A DNA stretch of 64,000 nt from an uncultured Ignavibacteriaceae bacterium (GTDB lineage Bacteria; Bacteroidota; Ignavibacteria; Tepidaquicellales; Tepidaquicellaceae): contig CAYNTK010000009.1 in assembly GCA_964400285.1 (NCBI GenBank), forward strand, positions 32,494 to 96,493. Reading direction: 5' to 3'. A program made the translations under genes and the position numbers. Below, piece by piece: positions 9,069-16,558 of this stretch. A model generated the notes under the pieces. It searched no databases, was not told the DNA's origin, and saw nothing but the letters and a program-made list of their open reading frames with translations. Each line of letters starts with the position of its first letter. Positions within the stretch are counted from its first letter, which is position 1.

Positions 9069-9491
9069 TTATTCCCCCGCTAAGGTTACTACAAGTTTTC
9101 TTCTGCCTCCATAATTTCGGTGTTCACACAAGTATACCCCTTGCCAGATGCCAAGATTCAAACTTCCGTTTTTTATGGGAACGGTTACACTGCTACCGAG
9201 TATAGAGCACTTTATGTGCGATGTCATATCATCACTGCCTTCGAAAGTATGTTGATAATGGTTTCCCTCTTCAGGTACCATTTTATTGAAATGTGTCTCC
9301 ATATCTTCTCTTACCGTTGGGTCTGCATTTTCGTTTATGGTAAGCGATGCAGAAGTGTGCTGTATGAAAATATGTGCAATTCCCGTTTTAATGCTTTTTA
9401 TTTCGGGAATGTTTTTTAATACTTCGTTTGTAATTAGATGAAAACCTCTCCCTTTAGGAGAAAGTAAAAACTCTTTTTGTATCCAGGTCAT
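9069..9491 (-). CDS. YjbQ/UPF0047 family protein (secondary thiamine-phosphate synthase-like), copy 1
   Basis: 140 aa. Family hallmarks are present: GFHLITNEV, IFIQHTSASLTINENADPTVREDME, HIKCSILG, GIWQGVYLCEHR. Confidence 0.85.
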   Translation of the reverse strand: MTWIQKEFLLSPKGRGFHLITNEVLKNIPEIKSIKTGIAHIFIQHTSASLTINENADPTVREDMETHFNKMVPEEGNHYQHTFEGSDDMTSHIKCSILGSSVTVPIKNGSLNLGIWQGVYLCEHRNYGGRRKLVVTLAGE

Positions 9492-9497
9492 TTTTTG

Positions 9498-10592
9498 TTA
9501 ATTTATTTTAATTGCTAACAATGTCATATCATCCGCCTGATTTACTCCGTTAGAGTAATTTTTTACACTTTCAATAATTTTGTTGCAAATATCTTTTGCG
9601 GATAAATTGTAATTTTCTTCTATTACTTTTTTAAGTCTATCATCACCAAATTGTTCTTCTTTCTGATTAAAATATTCCGTTACCCCATCGGTATAATACA
9701 AAAGTAAACTATCGCCATCGAGATTAATATAGGCTTCTTTATATTTGAAATCACGTATACCCCCAATTATAAATCCGTCAGTTTTTAATTCTTCGAACGA
9801 TTTTGTTTTTGAATTGTAAAAAAGAGGAGGATTGTGCCCTGCGTTTACATATCTTAAAGACTTTTTTTCACTGTTGTACACAGAATAGAAAAACGTAGCA
9901 AACTTACTTCCATCCGTAGATTCGCACATAAGTTTATTTATCTTATCCATAAATATTTTCAAATCATCGTTATATATTATTGCATTGCTCCTTACGAAAC
10001 CGACCAGTCCTGCCATTAGTAAAGCAGAAGATAAACCATGTCCCGCTATGTCTCCGATTGCAAAAGCTGTTTCGCTTTGATTGATTCGGAAGTAATCATA
10101 ATAATCTCCCCCCACAGCATCCGCAGGCTTGCAAAAACCATAATAATCTACACCATTTATTTCAGGCTGTACCTGTGGAAATAATTTTTGCTGAACCTCT
10201 TTTGCAATTTCGAATTCCCTTGAAATCTTTTGCCTTTCTGCTTCTTCGCGATTTCGAATGGCTTTTTTTAATGATGATACGGAGAAAATTAATATTGTGA
10301 AAAATGAAAATTCGACAACGATATTCCAGATTAAATAAGAATATTTAATTTCTGTTTCCCTTAAATAAAACGCATCTAAAAACATCGGAACCAAACAACA
10401 AAAACATAGCAAAAATCCATACCATTTTCCTGTAAACCAAACAATAAAAAGAATAGGAATTACATAAAATATATAAAAAGAAAAATCGGTTCCCGTAAAA
10501 TAATCGAGAAATCCGAAAATCATCACAACAAAAAGTGATATAATAAAAATTAAAAAATTTGGTAGTTTTTCGATTTTAATTACAAGATTCAT
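9498..10592 (-). CDS. membrane-anchored PP2C/SpoIIE-family serine/threonine phosphatase
   Basis: An N-terminal multi-TM region is followed by AKEVQQKLFP, GGDYYDY, IGDIAGHGLSSALLM, NAGHNPP, YTDGVTE and QADDMTLL (RsbU/SpoIIE blocks). Confidence 0.8.
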   Translation of the reverse strand: MNLVIKIEKLPNFLIFIISLFVVMIFGFLDYFTGTDFSFYIFYVIPILFIVWFTGKWYGFLLCFCCLVPMFLDAFYLRETEIKYSYLIWNIVVEFSFFTILIFSVSSLKKAIRNREEAERQKISREFEIAKEVQQKLFPQVQPEINGVDYYGFCKPADAVGGDYYDYFRINQSETAFAIGDIAGHGLSSALLMAGLVGFVRSNAIIYNDDLKIFMDKINKLMCESTDGSKFATFFYSVYNSEKKSLRYVNAGHNPPLFYNSKTKSFEELKTDGFIIGGIRDFKYKEAYINLDGDSLLLYYTDGVTEYFNQKEEQFGDDRLKKVIEENYNLSAKDICNKIIESVKNYSNGVNQADDMTLLAIKIN

Positions 10593-10713
10593 CTTTATAC
10601 TTTATTTTTATAATTAAATTTCTGAATTTACCACTAATATATCCTTAATACCGAAACTTTAAAGAATTAAAACCGTCTTAAAATAATAAATAAAAACCTA
10701 AAAAATAATTCCT

Positions 10714-12483
10714 ATGAAAAACCGACTTATTTATTTCTGCTTGATATTAATTTTAATTTTCTCTTTAAATGCAAATGCACAGGAAAATATAAATCTTGAC
10801 GGCTATGAACAATACGTAGAAAATGCGATGAAAGACTGGAAAGTTCAGGGATGTGCTGTTGCTATTGTTAAAAACGGTAAAATAGTATATACAAAAGGCT
10901 TTGGCTTGAGAGATGTTAAAAATAATTTACCCGTAACTCCAAATACATTATTTGCAATCGGCTCCTGTTCAAAAGCATTTACCGCAGCATCTATTTGTCT
11001 TCTTGTTGATGAAGGAAAAATAGATTTCGATAAACCCGTGATTTCTTATTATCCGAATTTCAGAATGCAGGATGATTATGTCTCGAATCATATAACCGTA
11101 AGGGATTTACTCTGCCATCGCTCAGGATTGCCGAGGCACGACTTTGCCTGGTATGGTGCGGATATTTTATCGAGAAAAGATATTGTTGATGCCCTGCGTT
11201 TTCTTGAACCTAGCAAAGGATTCAGAGAGGTGTGGCAGTATCAAAACATTATGTTTACAACAGCAGGATATTTAGTAGAAGTGATATCGGGTGAAAAATG
11301 GGAAAACTTTGTAACAAAAAGTATTTTTGAACCACTTGAAATGAAATCGTCGAATTTTTCCGTAAACGATATGCAGAAATCATCTGACTATGCAAAACCC
11401 TATGATGAAAGAAAAGATGTTGTCACGGAAATTCCTTACAGAAATCTCGATAATATGGGTCCCGCAGGCTCGATAAATTCAAACGTAACCGATATGGCAA
11501 ACTGGCTGATTATGCAGATTAACGGAGGAAAATTCAACGGCAAACAAGTTATTTCCGATGGTTCACTTAGACAAACCCAGACTCCGCAAATGGTTGTGCC
11601 GAGCGCGGTTACGGACGAAGTATTTTACAACTCCTACGGCATGGGCTGGATGATTACGTCTTACCGCGGACACCTGAGAGTGGAACACGGGGGAAACATT
11701 GACGGGTTTTCGGCTTCAACCTGCTTTTTCCCGAAAGACAGTATAGGAATCGTTGTACTTACCAATATGAACAGCACTTCTTTAACTTCCATAGCAAGAA
11801 ATTTTGCAGTAGATAAATTACTTGGTCTAAGTGAAATCGACTGGAATAAAAAATTACTTGGCGATGTATCGAAATCGAAAGAGTTAAAGAAAGAATCCGA
11901 AGACAAAAAAGACCCAAACAAAGTCGAAGGTACGGAACCATCCCATCCGTTGAAATCCTATGCCGGGAAATTCGAACACCCCGCTTATGGGACTATCGAA
12001 ATTACTTTTAACAACGATATTCTATCGGCAGACTTCCACTCAATGAAAGCGGAATTGAAACATTATCATTACGATATATTTGAAACCGTTGAAAACGACA
12101 TTATTCCAAACTTAAAAATCACTTTTTATACAAATATAAAAGGCGAAATTAATAAAATCTCAATTCCGCTTCAACCCGACGTAAAGGATATCGAATTTAA
12201 AAGAACAGTAGAAAAAAAGGAAGTAGGAAAATCTCTTCTTGAAAAATATGTAGGCGAATATGATATAATGGAAACGATTACCAAAGTAAGTATAAGAGGG
12301 GAAAAGACGCTTGTGTTAACGGTTCCCGGGCAACCGGACTATGAATTAATTCCAACGGGAGAAAACGAATTTAATATAAAAGACCTTGAAGGATTCAGTG
12401 TAAAGTTTACCGAGGTATCGGGAAAAATCACAGAGCTTATTTTCAATCAACCTAACGGAGTATTCACGGCGAAAAGGAAGTAA
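10714..12483 (+). CDS. secreted serine hydrolase, class C beta-lactamase / PBP family with a C-terminal extension
   Basis: Signal peptide. SxxK motif (GSCSKAF). YxN motif (WQYQN). A GGNIDGF region. The extra C-terminal domain of about 150 aa resembles DUF3471-type proteins. Confidence 0.8.
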   Translation: MKNRLIYFCLILILIFSLNANAQENINLDGYEQYVENAMKDWKVQGCAVAIVKNGKIVYTKGFGLRDVKNNLPVTPNTLFAIGSCSKAFTAASICLLVDEGKIDFDKPVISYYPNFRMQDDYVSNHITVRDLLCHRSGLPRHDFAWYGADILSRKDIVDALRFLEPSKGFREVWQYQNIMFTTAGYLVEVISGEKWENFVTKSIFEPLEMKSSNFSVNDMQKSSDYAKPYDERKDVVTEIPYRNLDNMGPAGSINSNVTDMANWLIMQINGGKFNGKQVISDGSLRQTQTPQMVVPSAVTDEVFYNSYGMGWMITSYRGHLRVEHGGNIDGFSASTCFFPKDSIGIVVLTNMNSTSLTSIARNFAVDKLLGLSEIDWNKKLLGDVSKSKELKKESEDKKDPNKVEGTEPSHPLKSYAGKFEHPAYGTIEITFNNDILSADFHSMKAELKHYHYDIFETVENDIIPNLKITFYTNIKGEINKISIPLQPDVKDIEFKRTVEKKEVGKSLLEKYVGEYDIMETITKVSIRGEKTLVLTVPGQPDYELIPTGENEFNIKDLEGFSVKFTEVSGKITELIFNQPNGVFTAKRK

Positions 12484-12543
12484 TAGCTAATTATAAGAGT
12501 TTAAGATTGATAAAAATTATTATTTAAAAAGCATATATAAATA

Positions 12544-12567
12544 TACCCACGGATAAATCCATGGGTA
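12544..12567 (-). terminator. hairpin terminator downstream of ferritin (lies between convergent genes)
   Basis: tacccacgg-ataaat-ccatgggta forms a 9-bp stem. The single C.A mismatch on the + strand becomes a U.G wobble on the - strand. On the - strand it is followed by a T-rich tract and sits 14 nt after the ferritin stop. Confidence 0.55.
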
Positions 12568-12580
12568 AAGATTATCATAT

Positions 12581-13090
12581 TTATGCAGTCGCAGGTGGAG
12601 TGAATACGCGGGCGGCGAGTTCTGTGTCAAGCATCAGAAGTCCCTGTCCTTCGCCTTTGATGATTTTTAGTTTTGCTAGAATTTTTGAAACAGTTGCCTC
12701 TTCTTCTACCTGCTCATCCACAAACCATTTTAGGAAACTTGCAGATGCGTGGTCGTTTTCTTTTATCGCCAGAGTCAGTAAATCGTTTATTGATTTTGTT
12801 ACGAATTTTTCGTGTTCGAGAGTCTTTTCGTAAACTTCGACAATTGATTTAAAATCTACTTCAGGTCCGGCGATTGGTTTTAAAACCACCTTCCCTCCGC
12901 AATCGGTTACGAAATTAAACATTTTCATAGCATGGAAATGCTCTTCCTGAGTTTGAACCATAAAGAAATTTGCAAATCCGTCTAAATCCTGCGAATAGCA
13001 GTATGCCGCCATCGAAAGATAAAGATACTCGGAATATAACTCTTTATTTATTTGCTCGTTAAAAGCGTCCTGAAGCTTTTGTGTCATCAT
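12581..13090 (-). CDS. ftnA: non-heme ferritin
   Basis: FNEQINKELYSEYLYLSMAAY and QEEHFHAMKMFNFV carry the ferroxidase-centre Glu/His residues of the ferritin-like four-helix bundle. Confidence 0.9.
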   Translation of the reverse strand: MMTQKLQDAFNEQINKELYSEYLYLSMAAYCYSQDLDGFANFFMVQTQEEHFHAMKMFNFVTDCGGKVVLKPIAGPEVDFKSIVEVYEKTLEHEKFVTKSINDLLTLAIKENDHASASFLKWFVDEQVEEEATVSKILAKLKIIKGEGQGLLMLDTELAARVFTPPATA

Positions 13091-13192
13091 GATTTTAATC
13101 CTTTAATAATTTTTAATATTTGAATATTATTTAATTGTAGTTTTATTAATACATTAACAAATTATTAAATATATTAGTTTTTATATATGATA

Positions 13193-15298
13193 TTAATTTT
13201 CTGAAAATGTAATGTTAAAAAGAACATCGGAAAAAGCTATTTTATCTACTACATCCATACCTTCGACAACTTCTCCAAAAATCGTGTATCTTCCGTCGAG
13301 ATGGTAATGAGGTGAATGCATTATAAAAAATTGGCTTCCTTCTGTATCTGGACCCTCCGATGCCATTCCAAACATTCCTCTCTCATAATGCAGGGGAGAA
13401 AATTCCGAACGAATAGAATAATCAGGTCCTCCGTAACCCGTGTTCTGCGGGTCACCGCCCTGTATTACAAAATTTGGTACAACACGCGGAAATGTTGTAT
13501 TATCATAAAATTTCTTTTCAGCAAGTTTTATGAAATTTACAACTGTAAAAAGTGCAACTTCTGGTAGCAATTTTATCTTTATATTTCCTTTTTCTGTTTT
13601 TAATGTTGCAAATTTTTTCTTATCTAATGATTTAATAAACTCCCAATCGAAATCGGTTCTATATGTAGTTTTAAAAGTGTAATCTATCCCCGTTATTTTT
13701 TTCAGTGAGTTTGCAGATGCTTTGCATATATCATAATTCTTTGAATTAAGATTTTCTTTTAAAACGCTTTCTGCCTCTATCATTTTTAATTCGCCGAATT
13801 CATTTATGAAAAGGAGCATTGCATCTTTATCTTTTGGGTACGAAAGCTCTTTGTAATCCATTAGCAAAACCATTTTAATATTATTTCTTAAACCGAAATA
13901 TATGGAATCGTTTAACGCAGTAAAGCAAGCGTCCAGAATAGACGGGTCTTTAGATGCAGTGAAATTTGTAAGTATAAGCATTATTTTTTCCTGATTTTTT
14001 TGGTCTACTTTGTTTTTCAGAGTCGAAAGTACTTCCACGTATGCCCTGTAAACCCTTGCCAGTGTTGCATCCTGTACCATATCACCGAATTCTTGTTTGT
14101 GTAGTTTGTTGTATCTTTGAACTCGCTTTCCAATTGAATCGGTAAGTTCATTATATACCATTCCGTCTTTAAAAAACTGGAAACTTTTTATTATATAAGG
14201 AATTAAATCTTCATTTTCGGTTTCGTACATTTTATGCAAAAGAATATCTTTTACGTCATCTTTAAATATTGTTCCATAAGTAAGAATAGCTTCGCACTTA
14301 TCCTGCCACTCTACGGCTTTATCCGGAGGGAAAAACCACTCAAGCCTGTCTTTAATCGTTTGTAAATTTTGATTTGGTTGATTAAGCTCTGAAAAAAGTA
14401 ATGCCGTAATACGAAATGCCGTATGCCTGACATTCGGATTTGCATCATCATATCTGAATGTAATCGCATTTACAAGTTTTTCGTCGAGAACCGCTTCACT
14501 TGTTTTTTTGTAAAGAGGTAATGAATTCAAAATATTTACTTTTACTTTCCAATCTTCTTCCTTGTCGAGCGATGTTAAAACATAGCTAATATCATTTATA
14601 TCTGCAATGTAACCCAAAGCCGAAAAAGCCCACATACGAATATAAGCGTCCTGATTTTTAGTGAGAGCAAGAATATCGTCGTGGATGGGTGTGAGCAATG
14701 TTTTATTTCTTGTTCGAAAAAGTCCGTATGCAGCATATCTCAATATTTCCAAATCCGAAGAAGTTATTAATATATTTTTAAGAAAATTTACAGCTTCAGC
14801 GGTTCTTATGTTTTTTAATGCAAATCTCGCAACGGAAAGCGCCATTGCTTTAACAACTGTTTTATCATCGCTGCCGAGATTTAAAACTGAATTTAGTGAA
14901 TTTTCATCACCCACTTTTCCGAGAGCATCTAATATAACACTTAAGACGAATGGATTGGTTTCGGAATTCAAAGCTTTAATTAAATACTCCTTCGACTTTT
15001 CGCAGGGTATTTGCCCGAGTGCGAATGCGGCTGCGGATTTTTTATTTTCGCTATGAGTGGAAATTAAAACTCCCGCAATCTCTTCGACCGTGTTTGAGTC
15101 CGCTATGTTAGCAAGTGCATAGAGAGCTTTAATTACAAGTTCGGTGTTCTTTGAATCGAGATATTTTATTAGCTCTCTATTTTTTCCGAGCGAGCGTGTA
15201 TCTTGATAAATATATATTTGTTTTTCGGCCTCGGAGAAATCCTGAGCAAACAGGTTAATGGAAAATAAAAAAAGGAAAATGGCGAATATTTTATTCAT
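13193..15298 (-). CDS. secreted HEAT-repeat protein fused to a C-terminal cyclophilin-type peptidyl-prolyl isomerase
   Basis: Signal peptide. A long alpha-solenoid with HEAT-like repeats. The C-terminus has the cyclophilin core: FPRVVPNFVIQGGDP...GPDTEGSQFFIMH...LDGRYTIFGEVVEGMDVVDKI. Confidence 0.8.
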   Translation of the reverse strand: MNKIFAIFLFLFSINLFAQDFSEAEKQIYIYQDTRSLGKNRELIKYLDSKNTELVIKALYALANIADSNTVEEIAGVLISTHSENKKSAAAFALGQIPCEKSKEYLIKALNSETNPFVLSVILDALGKVGDENSLNSVLNLGSDDKTVVKAMALSVARFALKNIRTAEAVNFLKNILITSSDLEILRYAAYGLFRTRNKTLLTPIHDDILALTKNQDAYIRMWAFSALGYIADINDISYVLTSLDKEEDWKVKVNILNSLPLYKKTSEAVLDEKLVNAITFRYDDANPNVRHTAFRITALLFSELNQPNQNLQTIKDRLEWFFPPDKAVEWQDKCEAILTYGTIFKDDVKDILLHKMYETENEDLIPYIIKSFQFFKDGMVYNELTDSIGKRVQRYNKLHKQEFGDMVQDATLARVYRAYVEVLSTLKNKVDQKNQEKIMLILTNFTASKDPSILDACFTALNDSIYFGLRNNIKMVLLMDYKELSYPKDKDAMLLFINEFGELKMIEAESVLKENLNSKNYDICKASANSLKKITGIDYTFKTTYRTDFDWEFIKSLDKKKFATLKTEKGNIKIKLLPEVALFTVVNFIKLAEKKFYDNTTFPRVVPNFVIQGGDPQNTGYGGPDYSIRSEFSPLHYERGMFGMASEGPDTEGSQFFIMHSPHYHLDGRYTIFGEVVEGMDVVDKIAFSDVLFNITFSEN

Positions 15299-15360
15299 AA
15301 ACCAAAATTTAAATATTGAACTTTAAAAATAAAACTACATATTAAACCTAAAAGAATACT

Positions 15361-15385
15361 TTATAACCTTATAACTTTATAAACC
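15361..15385. repeat. tandem 8-9 bp repeat array TTATAACC / TTATAACT / TTATAAACC upstream of actA
   Basis: Read directly from the sequence. Its reverse complement (GGTTTATAA-AGTTATAA-GGTTATAA) matches the array at 16468-16502. Confidence 0.6.
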
Positions 15386-15616
15386 TTTTAACTGTAGTGT
15401 GACTCTCTTCATATTATTTATATATAATGATTAAAAAAAGGGAAAATTTAATTGTTAAAAATCAAATAATATTAATAGTTTATGAAATTTTTTTGTCTAA
15501 GTTATTGTTAATATTTTTACTTCTAAAAAATTGGATAGATGTTCTTATGGTACTGTTAAATTTTTAGATAATTCATTTTATTGTAATTTTATTTATTTTA
15601 CGGATATTACTATTCT

Positions 15617-16198
15617 ATGAAAAAACATTTACTGGATTACAATTTAAAAGTACGGTTACCAATCATTGTCTTCACGGCAGTGCTGGCATTTACGATAACT
15701 TATTATGCTTCTTATGCCGAGCGTAACGGAATAGGTTACTCTCCCGAACAGCCAATTAAGTTTTCTCATAAACTTCACGCGGGAGATATGCAGATAGATT
15801 GTAAGTATTGCCATACAGGCGTAGATAAATCCAGAACGGCAAGTGTCCCTTCTGCTGATATTTGTATGAACTGTCATACGGTTGCAAGGGCAGACAAACC
15901 GGAAATAGTAAAGCTGGTGAAATATTATAACGAAAAGAAACCTATCGAGTGGAAACGAATCCATAAAGTTCCTGATTTTGCGTATTTTAACCACAGTGTT
16001 CATGTTAACAAAGGAATAGATTGTGCCGATTGTCATGGAGAAGTAAAACAAATGGAACAGGTTACACAGGTAAATTCTTTTACAATGGGTGCTTGCCTTA
16101 CCTGTCATAGAAAGCCGGAGCAGAAGATTTCGAACTATGAACAAATTAAGGGTAATTTGAAAAAAGGACCCGAGTATTGTGCGGCGTGTCACAGATGA
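15617..16198 (+). CDS. actA: Alternative Complex III pentaheme cytochrome c subunit ActA
   Basis: N-terminal TM anchor plus five CxxCH motifs (CKYCH, CMNCH, CADCH, CLTCH, CAACH). It is the first gene of the act cluster. Confidence 0.85.
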   Translation: MKKHLLDYNLKVRLPIIVFTAVLAFTITYYASYAERNGIGYSPEQPIKFSHKLHAGDMQIDCKYCHTGVDKSRTASVPSADICMNCHTVARADKPEIVKLVKYYNEKKPIEWKRIHKVPDFAYFNHSVHVNKGIDCADCHGEVKQMEQVTQVNSFTMGACLTCHRKPEQKISNYEQIKGNLKKGPEYCAACHR

Positions 16199-16271
16199 TA
16201 ATAATAAATAATGATTAATAAAAGCAAAGAACATATTAAAAATATTTATAAATTTTAATTAAATAAAAGTT

Positions 16272-16466
16272 TTGGAAAAGGCAAAAAATAATAAGGTAAG
16301 TAGAAAAAAATTCATTTTTTATTCCAGTTTAATTTTTGTGGGAATATATGGATTGTTTAAAATCCCGATGAAGATTTTTGGAAAGAAAGAGAGAGAAAAG
16401 TTTTTTAGCGGTGGACACGAGGAAATTAAGTTTGAGAAAAATCCTGAATCGGTGAAGAGAAGTTAA
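16272..16466 (+). CDS. hypothetical small single-TM protein with a Tat-like SRKKF motif (TTG start)
   Basis: It is the only ORF in the 360-bp actA-actB gap. The N-terminus is KVSRKKFIFYSSLIFVGIYGLF. The start is TTG and no homology was recognised, so coding status is uncertain. Confidence 0.3.
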   Translation: MEKAKNNKVSRKKFIFYSSLIFVGIYGLFKIPMKIFGKKEREKFFSGGHEEIKFEKNPESVKRS

Positions 16467-16467
16467 G

Positions 16468-16502
16468 GGTTTGTAAAGTTCATAAGGTTTATAAAATTAT
16501 AA
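16468..16502. repeat. tandem 8-9 bp repeat array GGTTTGTAA / AGTTCATAA / GGTTTATAA / AATTATAA upstream of actB
   Basis: Read directly from the sequence. It is the inverted counterpart of 15361-15385 and starts right after the stop codon of the small ORF. Confidence 0.6.
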
Positions 16503-16558
16503 AGATATTCAGATTATTATTTAAAGAAAATTATTCTTGTACACTAAAGTAAAATTTT

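Noticed and set aside
15656-16234. 192-aa minus-strand ORF covering actA
   Set aside because: It is antisense to a gene with five CxxCH motifs and clear operon context. Its product is low-complexity with no motif. This is a typical shadow ORF.
15361-16502. Reading the inverted repeat arrays as termini of a mobile element (MITE/IS) or an invertible promoter
   Set aside because: The bracketed segment contains actA, an integral ACIII subunit, and holds no transposase or recombinase. I saw no target-site duplication. It is kept only as a regulatory or recombination hypothesis under findings.
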